From: a virus
Taxonomy: Duplodnaviria > Caudoviricetes
Strand: one strand, 5' to 3'
Length of the DNA: 31,196 bases
Virus record (IMG/VR): IMGVR_UViG_3300034101_000207
Span: 1-31,196 of that record
Part shown: one piece after another, positions 1 through 9,032 of the stretch
How positions within the stretch are numbered: position 1 is the stretch's first letter
Layout of the letters: each line of letters begins with the position of its first letter
The notes under the pieces: generated by a model
What the model was told of the DNA's origin: nothing
The model's input: only the letters and a program-made list of their open reading frames with translations
The model's database searches: none
Position numbers and translations under genes: made by a program

Positions 1-2
1 TT

Positions 3-107
3 CCGGTTCCGACTGGGCCTTGGACGCCGGTTGACGACTCGCAGACAACTAATTGGACACAGATAAACGACTCGCAGAATCCAAACTGGACGCAGATTGC
101 GGCGTGA
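3..107 (+). CDS. 3' end of an upstream virion/tail protein (partial, begins before the window)
   Basis: Frame open from the window edge: PVPTGPWTPVDDSQTTNWTQINDSQNPNWTQIAA*, TGA at 105-107. W-x-x-[VI]-x-DSQ-x-x-N repeats; GAGG after the stop serves as RBS for the 116 ATG. Confidence 0.7.
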   Translation, partial: PVPTGPWTPVDDSQTTNWTQINDSQNPNWTQIAA

Positions 108-115
108 GGTTTTAA

Positions 116-1684
116 ATGGCTAGTACATATTCAACTAACCTTGCCATCGAGCTTATCGGAACAGGCGATCAAGCTGGCGCGTGGGGTAATACTACAAATA
201 CCAATCTTGGTACGCTCATCGAGCAGGCCATTTCCGGCTATGTCACGCAGGCGGTAGCAACCGGTACAGATACGAGTATCACCATCCCGAACGGATCTAC
301 GGGTGTGGCTCGTAATATGTACATTGAATTGACCGGTACGGGCGGCACCAATACCAACCTGATTGTACCGACCAACAAAAAGCTCTACTTCATCTTCAAC
401 AACGCTTCGGGTGCGGTCACGGTCAAAGTGGCTGGGCAGACCGGTGTTTCGGTCCCGGCTGGCAAGAAAATGGTGCTCGTGTCGAACGGCACGGATATCG
501 TCAACGGCCTGAACTACATCGCTGACTTCGGTACGAACAGCTTCACGGTCACGAACCTGACGGCTACCTCGGCCAGCATTACGACGCTGACTTCGACTTC
601 AGCGGGTATTACCACGCTCTCCGGTACGACTGCTACGTTCGCCAGCGGCACGATCACGAATCTTGCTACCACGAGCCTGACGGTTTCCAGCCTATCGCTG
701 TCCAACGCGACCATTACCTCGGCCACGATCACGACGCTCTCGGGCACGACGGCCACATACGGGTCTGCCACTCTCACGAACCTCGGCTCTACCTCAGCCA
801 ACATTGCGACCCTGACGGGTACAAATTTCTCGGCTACCAGCTTCACTTTGACTAACGCCTTGAGGGTTGCTCAGGGCGGTACTGGACTTTCTACTACCCC
901 GACAAATGGTCAGTTGTTGATCGGTAATGGTTCAGGCTTTGCTCTCTCTACCCTGACGGCGGGTACCGGCGTAGTCATTACAAACGCTGCGGGTAGCATC
1001 ACGCTCACGGCGACCAACACGGCTAGTGGTACGGTTACTGCGGTTACGGCGTCTTCTCCGCTTGCTTCGTCGGGTGGTAATGCCCCCAACATTTCAATCT
1101 CGTCTAGCACCGGATCGGGCGCGGTTGTTCTGGCTGATGGCCCAACTATTTCTAGCGGTACGGTTACGACCCTTGCTTCTACCTCGGCCAATATCACGAC
1201 CCTCTCGGGTACGACGGCTACCTACACTTCAGCCAACATCACGACCCTCTCGGGTACGACGGCTACTTACACTTCAGCTACGCTGACTAACCTCGGCTCT
1301 ACCTCAGCCAACATCACCACGCTGACAGGAACAAGCGCGACCATCACTAACCTTCTGGATGGTGCAGGCAATGTCCGCAAGATTCCATCGGCAGGCTCGG
1401 CCAAGACTGCGGTTTATACCTTGTCTGTTTCAGATGTCGGTGAGTTTGTAACGGTTGGCACGAGCGGTGCGATTGATGTGCCGAACGATGTGTTCTCGGC
1501 TGGCGATGCCGTATCTATCTTCAACAACACTTCTGGCAACGTCACGATTAGTTTGACCATCACGACTGCGTATCTCTCGGGTACGGACAGTGACAAAGCT
1601 TCGGTTACGTTGGCTACTCGCGGCGTGGCTACGGTGTTGTTTGTGAATCCATCACTTTGTGTATTGACGGGTAGCTTGTCATGA
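116..1684 (+). CDS. Tail fibre/tail-associated protein with Thr/Ser-rich repeats (probable beta-helix)
   Basis: 522 aa. N-terminus [31 protein letters not shown] resembles phage fibre anchors. Repeated [14 protein letters not shown] units and a central [17 protein letters not shown] fibre motif. ATGA overlap with the next gene. Confidence 0.75.
   Translation: MASTYSTNLAIELIGTGDQAGAWGNTTNTNLGTLIEQAISGYVTQAVATGTDTSITIPNGSTGVARNMYIELTGTGGTNTNLIVPTNKKLYFIFNNASGAVTVKVAGQTGVSVPAGKKMVLVSNGTDIVNGLNYIADFGTNSFTVTNLTATSASITTLTSTSAGITTLSGTTATFASGTITNLATTSLTVSSLSLSNATITSATITTLSGTTATYGSATLTNLGSTSANIATLTGTNFSATSFTLTNALRVAQGGTGLSTTPTNGQLLIGNGSGFALSTLTAGTGVVITNAAGSITLTATNTASGTVTAVTASSPLASSGGNAPNISISSSTGSGAVVLADGPTISSGTVTTLASTSANITTLSGTTATYTSANITTLSGTTATYTSATLTNLGSTSANITTLTGTSATITNLLDGAGNVRKIPSAGSAKTAVYTLSVSDVGEFVTVGTSGAIDVPNDVFSAGDAVSIFNNTSGNVTISLTITTAYLSGTDSDKASVTLATRGVATVLFVNPSLCVLTGSLS
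1193..1278 (+). repeat. 45-bp tandem repeat ([15 protein letters not shown] x2) in the fibre gene
   Basis: atcacgaccctctcgggtacgacggctac occurs at 1193-1221 and 1238-1266. A separate 26-bp exact repeat, aacctcggctctacctcagccaacat, occurs at 779-804 and 1289-1314. Confidence 0.9.
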
Positions 1685-3306
1685 GCGGAATTATCCAACT
1701 ACTTCTCGCCAGCGTTGTAGGCGGTAGAGCATACACAGCGATTGTTTCTTTTACTGCTACCGGAAGCTGGACTGCTCCTACTGGTACGACTTCTGTTGAA
1801 TATCTTATCGTTGCAGGTGGAGGTGCAAGTGGATCATCAAGCCTCGGAGCACTCGGCGCAACTAGAGGCGGCGGTGGCGGTGCAGGTGGTTATCGAACAG
1901 GCACTGGATTTTCTGTAACCGCAGGAACTTCTTACACTGTCACCGTAGGCGCTGGCGGGGCTAGTGCTGTGCCAGTAGGAGGTAAGGGCAACGACTCTAC
2001 TTTTTCTTCACTAAACTCAATCGGCGGTGGAGGTGGCGGTTTTGGTCAGGACGGTGCTAGCGGCGGAAGTGGTGGTGGTGGGGCCGCCACTCTTATATTC
2101 CCAACTGGTGCTCCATATTTTGATCCGGGTTCAGTGGGTACTTCAGCCGGTGGTCCGGGTAATACACCTTCAACAACACCAAGCCAAGGTAACACTGGCG
2201 GCAGTGGTGTTGCAGATCTTGGTGCAGAATCTATTGCCGGTGGCGGAGGTGGCGGTGCAGGCGAAGCTGGTAATACAGATGGAACCGCTCACGGCGGGGA
2301 TGGTACGGCAAATAGTATTACTGGAACTTCTGTAACTTATGCCGGTGGCGGCGCTGGCGCAGTATACAATTATCCTGATGGCGTAGCCGGTACTGGAGGC
2401 GGTGGCGCTGCTGGTTCGCCCGGTACAGCTAACACAGGCGGTGGAGGCGGTGGTGGTCTTAATGCCAGCACTTCCGGCGGTTCCGGTATCATCATACTTA
2501 AATACACTACCGATACGTCCATACCATTAGTTTTTAGATCATCTGGATCTTTTATTGCCCCTACCGGAGTTTCATCATGTGACTACCTCGTAGTTGCGGG
2601 TGGAGGAGGTGGAGGTAGTTACGGTGGTGGCGGTGCCGGTGGATTTAGAACCGGTACTGGATTTTCTTTAACTGCTGGAAACTCCTACACAATTACTGTC
2701 GGCGCTGGTGGCGGAGGTAGCGGCTCAACCGGTGGTGGAAACAAAGGTAATGACTCCGTGTTTTCTACCATTACCTCAACCGGTGGTGGATTTGGCGGTG
2801 GCACTATCGGCACTTCTGCCACTGGAAATGGCGGCCCCGGAGGTTCAGGCGGTGGTGGCGGAAGAATTACCTCTCCCGCTACGACAGCAGGCGCTGCCGG
2901 TCCCGGCAATACTCCATCAACCTCACCCAGCCAAGGTAATAACGGCGGTGCAGGTGTGTCTGATTCTGGCGGTGGCGGAGCCGGTGGTGGCGGTGCGTCT
3001 GCTGTAGGCGCAAATGGACAGACTACTCCCACTCGTCTCGGCGGTAATGGCGGTGCAGGTACGGCATCTACCATATCCGGTGCATCGGTTACTTACTCTG
3101 GCGGTGGCGGTGGCGGTAATGCTAACGGTACTGGTGGTACCGGTGGGTCTGGTGGCGGCGGAAATGGTAGAAGTGCTTCTATCAGTGCAACGGCTGGAAC
3201 CGCTAATACTGGTGGTGGCGGCGGTGCTGGCGGTGGTAACGCTCAAAGTCCGGGAGACAACGGTGCCGCTGGCGGTTCAGGTATCGTAATTATTAAATTT
3301 AACTAG
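1681..3306 (+). CDS. Glycine-rich tail fibre/receptor-binding protein with two tandem Gly-rich domains
   Basis: 541 aa. Two homologous halves, each F..SGS[WF].APTG..S..YL.VAGGG...GGGAGG[YF]RTGTGFS.TAG.SYT.TVGAGG...GTANTGGGGG...GGSGI.I.K. Confidence 0.8.
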   Translation: MSGIIQLLLASVVGGRAYTAIVSFTATGSWTAPTGTTSVEYLIVAGGGASGSSSLGALGATRGGGGGAGGYRTGTGFSVTAGTSYTVTVGAGGASAVPVGGKGNDSTFSSLNSIGGGGGGFGQDGASGGSGGGGAATLIFPTGAPYFDPGSVGTSAGGPGNTPSTTPSQGNTGGSGVADLGAESIAGGGGGGAGEAGNTDGTAHGGDGTANSITGTSVTYAGGGAGAVYNYPDGVAGTGGGGAAGSPGTANTGGGGGGGLNASTSGGSGIIILKYTTDTSIPLVFRSSGSFIAPTGVSSCDYLVVAGGGGGGSYGGGGAGGFRTGTGFSLTAGNSYTITVGAGGGGSGSTGGGNKGNDSVFSTITSTGGGFGGGTIGTSATGNGGPGGSGGGGGRITSPATTAGAAGPGNTPSTSPSQGNNGGAGVSDSGGGGAGGGGASAVGANGQTTPTRLGGNGGAGTASTISGASVTYSGGGGGGNANGTGGTGGSGGGGNGRSASISATAGTANTGGGGGAGGGNAQSPGDNGAAGGSGIVIIKFN

Positions 3307-3307
3307 T

Positions 3308-3565
3308 ATGAAATTAAAAACTTATCAACTCGTGGGTATTGACGTAGCCATGCACTTACTTCGTCCGGGTGCTAAGTGGGAAATCACTAACGGGCATTTT
3401 TCTCGTTGGGATGACCCTCGCCCGTGCCCGACATGGCAAGAAGTGATGGAGACAGTTGAAAAGCTTCAAGCCTTTGAGGATTCCATCAACACCATACTTC
3501 TTCCTGAACAAGAAGAAAAAATGAAAGCCTATTTGAATGAAATCGAAGAGGCTCAAAATTCGTGA
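3308..3565 (+). CDS. Small tail-fibre-associated protein (XkdW/tail assembly chaperone-like)
   Basis: 85 aa with LRPGAKWEI...W.DPRPCPTW.EV; lies directly after the fibre gene and is coupled to the next gene (GTGA). Confidence 0.55.
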   Translation: MKLKTYQLVGIDVAMHLLRPGAKWEITNGHFSRWDDPRPCPTWQEVMETVEKLQAFEDSINTILLPEQEEKMKAYLNEIEEAQNS

Positions 3566-4167
3566 ACGTACACAACCTGTTTCCTACTCCGGTTGGTGAA
3601 TTTAATCTTGGTCGTACGTTTACGACTGAGGAATCAGACTTTGTTGATCAGCAACCAACACACAAAAACCAAGGGAACACCGTTAGTGACGATTACTATG
3701 TACTAACTCATCGCACGATGACTGGGCTTTACGAGTTTGTTCAGTCTTGCGTCTCCGAATACTTCAACGCAATCTACGCTCCCAAGAACAAGGTCTCACT
3801 GCGCGTAACTCAGTCGTGGTTCAATTACAGCAAACACGGCGAGTGGCACCATCAACATGCTCACCCAAACTCGTTTATATCGGGCGTGTTGTATATGAAG
3901 GCTACTAAAAATAGCGATAAAATTTATTTTTATAGAAACGGTTACAGTCAATTAGAAGCGGTGCCTTCTGAATACAACGTTTATAACAGTCGTTCTTGGT
4001 GGCTTCCGGTAGAAACTGGAAAACTCATGATTTTTCCGTCATCGCTAACTCATTCGGTTGCTCCAGTAGAGGCAGATGACACCCGTATCAGCCTAGCTTT
4101 TAATACTTTTCCTGTTGGCTACATGGGTCAGGAAGAAAACCTGACCGCATTGCATTTGGGGAACTAA
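3562..4167 (+). CDS. 2OG-Fe(II) oxygenase (TIGR02466-like)
   Basis: N-terminal LFPTPV; SWFN...HHQHAHPNSFISGVLY; distal FPSSLTHSV; RISLAFN 2OG-binding motif. Confidence 0.88.
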   Translation: MNVHNLFPTPVGEFNLGRTFTTEESDFVDQQPTHKNQGNTVSDDYYVLTHRTMTGLYEFVQSCVSEYFNAIYAPKNKVSLRVTQSWFNYSKHGEWHHQHAHPNSFISGVLYMKATKNSDKIYFYRNGYSQLEAVPSEYNVYNSRSWWLPVETGKLMIFPSSLTHSVAPVEADDTRISLAFNTFPVGYMGQEENLTALHLGN

Positions 4168-4168
4168 C

Positions 4169-4531
4169 ATGGCGCATTTTGCAGAACTTGATTCAAACAA
4201 CGTTGTTACTCGCGTAATTGTCGTAGCCAATAAAGATACGGCAGATGCGGATGGTAATGAGCAGGAGTGGATCGGGCAGGCTTTCTGCGTTCGCTTGCTT
4301 GGCGGCACAGAAGATAGTTGGAAACAAACTAGCTACAACGCTAAGTTTCGGAAGAACTATGCAGGTATTGGGTTTACGTATGACCCGGTGCTTGATGCGT
4401 TTATCCCACCGCAGCCTGACCCGCAGTGCGTCCTCGATCCTGCAACCTGTCAGTGGAACTGCCCACCGATTGATGGTCAGTCATATACGTGGAACTCCGC
4501 AACTAATACTTGGGATGTGGTAACGCCGTAA
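4169..4531 (+). CDS. Conserved phage tail-fibre-module protein
   Basis: MAHFAELDSNNVVTRVIVV...WKQTSYN..FRKNYAGIG.TYD...DAFI.PQP, a type seen beside Gly-rich fibres; tightly packed between its neighbours. Confidence 0.65.
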   Translation: MAHFAELDSNNVVTRVIVVANKDTADADGNEQEWIGQAFCVRLLGGTEDSWKQTSYNAKFRKNYAGIGFTYDPVLDAFIPPQPDPQCVLDPATCQWNCPPIDGQSYTWNSATNTWDVVTP

Positions 4532-5127
4532 TGCTGTTTCGCAAAGAAACAAAACAATGTTTGTTTGAGCCGACCAAGACTGGAACTCGGACAGCACAAG
4601 ACTTTCTTCGTGCTGCTGGTTGGGCTTACTTGGGTCCGGATCATGGCTATCCGGACGACTACTTGGCAAAGTACCCCAACCTTTCTGAGTACAAAGCTCA
4701 CTGCTTTTTGCGTAATCCGTTAGACCGGTTTGTAAGCACCGTGCTTTTTTTGAAGCAATACCCGTCCTGTGCTGCAAGAGTTCAACAGGTGATTGACGAG
4801 AATGGTATTGCCGCAACGGTAGAGACGCTTAGCTACGATCAGTTCGTAGACCATATCAATCAGTTCAAGGCCAAGTTCCCGATCATGTTGGAAGCGCAGT
4901 CACGCTGGATGACACTGCCGGGTACTGAGGTGTTGGACTTCGACAATTACGAAGCTGAGATCCGTCGTATCTCCGGTGACTACGACAGCCCACTCGGTGT
5001 TATGAACAAGACTACGGACTTCGGTAAAAGCGTCGTGACTCAGAAAGTCATTGACTTTGTTCGGCAGGAATACGCCGCTGACTACGCGCTGGCAAAAGAC
5101 CAGCTAGGTAAGGAGTACAACCCATGA
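4531..5127 (+). CDS. Sulfotransferase family protein (Sulfotransfer_2-like)
   Basis: 5'-PSB-like FEPTKTGTRT, 3'-PB-like FLRNPLDRFVS and C-terminal Y..DY. Start moved from TTG 4510 to ATG 4531, which overlaps the upstream stop (TAATG). Confidence 0.72.
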   Translation: MLFRKETKQCLFEPTKTGTRTAQDFLRAAGWAYLGPDHGYPDDYLAKYPNLSEYKAHCFLRNPLDRFVSTVLFLKQYPSCAARVQQVIDENGIAATVETLSYDQFVDHINQFKAKFPIMLEAQSRWMTLPGTEVLDFDNYEAEIRRISGDYDSPLGVMNKTTDFGKSVVTQKVIDFVRQEYAADYALAKDQLGKEYNP

Positions 5128-5609
5128 TGACAATGGTCTCAACGTTCCTGTCCTTCCTCGCGGGTGGGCTACCCAAGATCCTGCAAATCTTCCAAGACCG
5201 GCAGGACAAGAAGCATGAACTAGCCTTGGTCGCTGCTCAGAAGGAGCGTGAACTTGCCCTTGCCGAACGTGGCTTCATTGCTCAGGCACGGGTCGAGGAG
5301 ATCAAGCTGGAGCAGATCCAGACTCAGACTGCCGCCGAAGAACGTCAGGCTCTCTACAACCACGACATCGAGATTGGCAAGGGTGCTTCGCAGTGGATGA
5401 TCAACCTCCGTGCTTCGGTGCGACCGGTTGTGACCTACATCTTCGTGCTGGAGCTAGTCGCCATCAACATTGCTGGAGTCTGGTACGCCTACAACACGGG
5501 TGTGCCGTTTGCCGCTGCGATGGCCGAAGTGTTCTCGGATGACGAGATGTTGATCCTGTCCTCGATTATCGCCTTCTGGTTTGGTACGCAGGCATTCGGC
5601 AAGAAGTGA
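5124..5609 (+). CDS. Putative holin (GTA 3TM-holin-like)
   Basis: Hydrophobic N-terminus, coiled coil, RASVRPVVTY then two hydrophobic helices ending IIAFWFGTQAFGKK; immediately upstream of the lysozyme. Confidence 0.7.
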   Translation: MMTMVSTFLSFLAGGLPKILQIFQDRQDKKHELALVAAQKERELALAERGFIAQARVEEIKLEQIQTQTAAEERQALYNHDIEIGKGASQWMINLRASVRPVVTYIFVLELVAINIAGVWYAYNTGVPFAAAMAEVFSDDEMLILSSIIAFWFGTQAFGKK

Positions 5610-6094
5610 AAGTCTCCAAGGCCGCCATCGACATGATCAAGCACCACGAGGGGGTGAGGACGAAGCCTTACCGCTGCCCTGCCCTCTTGTGGACGGTCGG
5701 TGTCGGCCACGTGATTGACCCTGCCCATGCGACGGTGAAGTATGAGGAGCGCAAGAATCTACCGATACCCGCAGGCTGGGACCGGGTTCTCACGATGGAC
5801 GAGGTGGACTGGATACTTGCTCAAGACCTTGGCCGGTTTGAGCGTGGTGTGGTTCGACTTTGCCCTGCTGCTGTTGGCCGTCAGGGAGTCTTTGATGCTC
5901 TCGTATCTTTTGCCTTCAACGTGGGTCTCGGCAATCTCCAACGCTCTTCCCTTCGGATGAAGACTAATCGGGGTGAACTGGACGAGGCAGCCGACGAGTT
6001 CCTGAAATGGACGAAGGCAGGTGGTAGAGTTCTGCCGGGACTCGTAAAACGTCGCAACGACGAACGGGCGTTGTACCTCTCGGGAGTACTCTGA
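5606..6094 (+). CDS. Endolysin, GH24 phage lysozyme
   Basis: IKHHEG.R.KPYRCPA..WTVGVGH (E15-C24-T30); FDALVSFAFNVG.G; F.KW.KAGG.VL.GLV.RR..ERAL. Confidence 0.95.
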   Translation: MKVSKAAIDMIKHHEGVRTKPYRCPALLWTVGVGHVIDPAHATVKYEERKNLPIPAGWDRVLTMDEVDWILAQDLGRFERGVVRLCPAAVGRQGVFDALVSFAFNVGLGNLQRSSLRMKTNRGELDEAADEFLKWTKAGGRVLPGLVKRRNDERALYLSGVL

Positions 6095-8391
6095 TGGCTT
6101 TGACCAAACTCCAATTCCGCCCCGGAATAAATAAAGAATCAACTAGCTACGCTAACGAAGGCGGTTACTACTCCTGCGACAAGGTGCGGTTCCGTTCGGG
6201 CTACGCTGAGAAGCTGGGTGGCTGGGTCAATCAGTCTGCTAATACCTTCAAAGGTATCTGCCACTCGCTGTGGAACTGGATCACCTTTGGCGGTAGCAAC
6301 CTGCTGGGTCTTGGTACCAACTCAAAGTACTACATCGAAAACGGTGGTACTTACTACGACGTAACGCCAATCCTTTCATCCGGTGTAATCACGAGTAACC
6401 CGTTTGCGACGACGGATGGTAGTTTGCTTGTTACCGTCACCCAGTCTGGGCACGGCTCGACCATCGGCTCGTACGTAACATTCTCTGGTGTTTCTAGCAG
6501 TGGCGTTGTCAACGGTATTAACTTCAACCGTGAGTTTGAGATTATTGCCGTACCTACGTCCAACACATATCAGATCGTAGCCCCAAACGTAGCTACCTCT
6601 ACTGGGTCTGGCGGTGGTTCGCTTGTCGTTTCTCAGATGCAAATCCCGGCGGGGCTATCTACTTATTCAGGTGGTGTGGGTTGGGGTAAACCGCCTTGGG
6701 GATCTGGCGGTTGGGGTTCTGCCGTGGCCGCAGGCACGGACTTGCGTTTGTGGACGCAGGATAACTTTAACGACGACTTGATCTTTAACTACCGTCGCGG
6801 CCCAATCTATTACTGGGCGTTGGACTTGGCGGCATACTCCCGTGCCAGACTCTTGTCTGATATCGCCAACGAGACTATCCGAGCGACCACAACTGCTACG
6901 GTGTCGGCTTCGGTCACAACGATTACTGTGGCTGATCCGACCGGGATTGAATCTGGTGCTGTCATCACTGGAAGTGGTATTGCCACCGGGACGTACGTCA
7001 CGACCGATTACGATGGTGGATACTCGGTGCCGCTGTCGGCTACGACGACCGGCTCGTTTACGATTTCAACCATCACGATCAGCTACGCTGGTCGGCATAT
7101 ACCCGAGCAGACAGGTCAGATCCTGACCTCTAGCGTCAGTAACTTCACGATTGCGTTTGGGTCTAACCCGTACAACGCCGCAAGCTTTACGGCAGACTTT
7201 GATCCGATGTTGGTTCGCTGGTCTGATGCCGACAATGCTTATGACTGGGTGCCTACACCGCTCAACCAGTCTGGCGAACAGTTACTATCAAACGGCTCAT
7301 TTATCCAGTGCGCGGTAGATACGCGGCAGGAAATCTTGATCTGGACTGACGCTGCGCTTTTCTCCATGCAGTACCTTGGCCCTCCGTACGTGTGGGGCAT
7401 CAATCTGTTGATGGACAACATCTCCATCATCTCGCCCAACGCTGCCATCACGGTCAACAACGTCACGTACTGGATGGGTGTGGACAAGTTCTACATGTAC
7501 TCCGGTCGTGTAGAGACGCTGCCTTGCACCCTCCGTCAGTATGTCTACACCGACATCAACACGAGTCAGTATGGTCAGATCGTGTGCGGTACAAACGAAG
7601 GGTACAACGAGGTCTGGTGGTTCTATCCGTCAGCCGACAGCCTGATCAATAACCGATACGTGATCTACAACCATCTGGAACGTATTTGGTACTACGGTAC
7701 GATTGACCGCACCGCATGGCTTGATTCGCCGGGTTTGCGTACGTACCCGCTCGGTGTCTTTAGTATCCAGTCGTCGTACTTGGATACGGCTATCAATTCT
7801 TCTGTCACCACGATATCTCTTGTCGATGCTTCGTCATACCCGAACCAAGGCACCGTTACGATCGACTCAGAAGACATTACGTACACTGGGAGAACCGGTA
7901 ATACTCTTACTGGCTGTGTTCGCGGGGCTAATAGCACTACTGCTAGTAGCCATATTCAATACACTTCGGTCAGTTACAAAGTTCCTAACCAAGTAATGCT
8001 GCATGAGTACGGTAACGACGATGTATCTCAAACCCCGTCGCAGCCAATCGAAGCGTACATTGAATCTTCGGACTTTGATATTTCTGACGGTGAAAACTTT
8101 GGCTATGTATGGCGCATGTTGCCTGACTTGACCTTCGCTGGATCTAACGCTGGCAGCCCGTCTATTACTTTGACGGTGCGACCAAGACAGAACTCTGGCT
8201 CTAACTACACGGCGGCAGATAGTCCTACCGTTACACGCACGGCCACGATACCAATTCAACAATACACCGGTCAGGTTTATACCCGTGTCCGTGGTCGTCA
8301 GATGGCGTTCCGTTTGGATTCAACCGAGCTTGGCGTAGCGTGGCAGATGGGTGCTATGCGTATTGACGTTAAACCGGATGGCCGTCGTTAA
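6094..8391 (+). CDS. Tail nozzle/head-closure-like virion protein (P22 gp10 / T7 gp12-like) with inserted beta-sandwich domains
   Basis: 765 aa, beta-rich with propeller-like motifs (DPMLVRWSD, ILIWTD, EVWWFYPS, YVIYN..E.IWYYG) and C-terminal RVRGRQMAFR...DGRR; lies just before the ejection genes. Confidence 0.65.
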   Translation: MALTKLQFRPGINKESTSYANEGGYYSCDKVRFRSGYAEKLGGWVNQSANTFKGICHSLWNWITFGGSNLLGLGTNSKYYIENGGTYYDVTPILSSGVITSNPFATTDGSLLVTVTQSGHGSTIGSYVTFSGVSSSGVVNGINFNREFEIIAVPTSNTYQIVAPNVATSTGSGGGSLVVSQMQIPAGLSTYSGGVGWGKPPWGSGGWGSAVAAGTDLRLWTQDNFNDDLIFNYRRGPIYYWALDLAAYSRARLLSDIANETIRATTTATVSASVTTITVADPTGIESGAVITGSGIATGTYVTTDYDGGYSVPLSATTTGSFTISTITISYAGRHIPEQTGQILTSSVSNFTIAFGSNPYNAASFTADFDPMLVRWSDADNAYDWVPTPLNQSGEQLLSNGSFIQCAVDTRQEILIWTDAALFSMQYLGPPYVWGINLLMDNISIISPNAAITVNNVTYWMGVDKFYMYSGRVETLPCTLRQYVYTDINTSQYGQIVCGTNEGYNEVWWFYPSADSLINNRYVIYNHLERIWYYGTIDRTAWLDSPGLRTYPLGVFSIQSSYLDTAINSSVTTISLVDASSYPNQGTVTIDSEDITYTGRTGNTLTGCVRGANSTTASSHIQYTSVSYKVPNQVMLHEYGNDDVSQTPSQPIEAYIESSDFDISDGENFGYVWRMLPDLTFAGSNAGSPSITLTVRPRQNSGSNYTAADSPTVTRTATIPIQQYTGQVYTRVRGRQMAFRLDSTELGVAWQMGAMRIDVKPDGRR

Positions 8392-8993
8392 TGTCGGTTA
8401 CTAGTAAAACACGAAACATTGCCAACCCTAGCTTGCCGGTAGCACCGGTTAGTTATGAGCAGCGTTTCATGGATCAGTACAGCAACGTTATACGTTTGTT
8501 TCTGAACCAAGTTAGTAACGCTAATAATTCACCCAGACCGTATGGATCTTTTTATAGCGATCAGGATCAAACCAACCCGGTTGCAGATGCCGTCAACTTG
8601 ATGACGTTTAACAAGACCGTAGATTTTTTCAACGTCAACATCGGTGCAGTTAATTCTCGTGTGTATGTAGCTGAAGAAGCTATCTACAACATTCAGTTCT
8701 CCGCTCAGTTAGATAAGTCTGGTGGTAGCGCGTCCGCTGTGTATATCTGGCTTAGGCTTAACGGGCAGAATGTTTCAAACAGTGCGACTAAAATAGTTAT
8801 TGACGGACCCAACTCCGAGATTGTGGCGGCATGGAACTTTGTGCTGCCTTTGGCAGAAAACGACTACATTGAACTTGCTTGGCAGTCATCAGACACCAAC
8901 GTGTTTCTGGCGGAGGAACCTGCTCTGGGCAATGTTCCAGAAATTCCATCCGTTATCTTGACCATTACGTGGGTGTCCAATGTGTCGGTATGA
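8391..8993 (+). CDS. Virion protein with N-terminal helix and C1q/TNF/BclA-like jelly-roll head
   Basis: LPVAP..YEQ.F..Q....IRLF N-terminus, then YGSFYS...IYNIQFSAQL...VYIWLRLNG...DYIELAW. Confidence 0.55.
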   Translation: MSVTSKTRNIANPSLPVAPVSYEQRFMDQYSNVIRLFLNQVSNANNSPRPYGSFYSDQDQTNPVADAVNLMTFNKTVDFFNVNIGAVNSRVYVAEEAIYNIQFSAQLDKSGGSASAVYIWLRLNGQNVSNSATKIVIDGPNSEIVAAWNFVLPLAENDYIELAWQSSDTNVFLAEEPALGNVPEIPSVILTITWVSNVSV

Positions 8994-8995
8994 AG

Positions 8996-9004
8996 TGTTA
9001 ATAT
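8996..9004 (+). promoter_or_regulatory. Possible extended -10 promoter (TGnTAATAT) ahead of the ejection-protein block
   Basis: tgttaatat in the only sizeable gap of the late module (8994-9032); motif match only. Confidence 0.25.
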
Positions 9005-9032
9005 CCACGAAACTTGACCCCTTGGGGGCTGT

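Noticed and set aside
514-3246. Multiple antisense and alternative-frame ORFs over the fibre genes
   Set aside because: Expected stop-poor shadows of Thr/Gly/Ala codon repeats.
4510-4530. TTG start for the sulfotransferase (and, likewise, ATG 29890 for PolA)
   Set aside because: Downstream ATGs at 4531 and 29875 give the stop/start overlaps used throughout this genome and fit the domain boundaries better.
5742-5960. Hydrophobic +1-frame ORF inside the lysozyme as a possible spanin or antiholin
   Set aside because: No lipobox Cys and no clear RBS; it overlaps the conserved lysozyme core.
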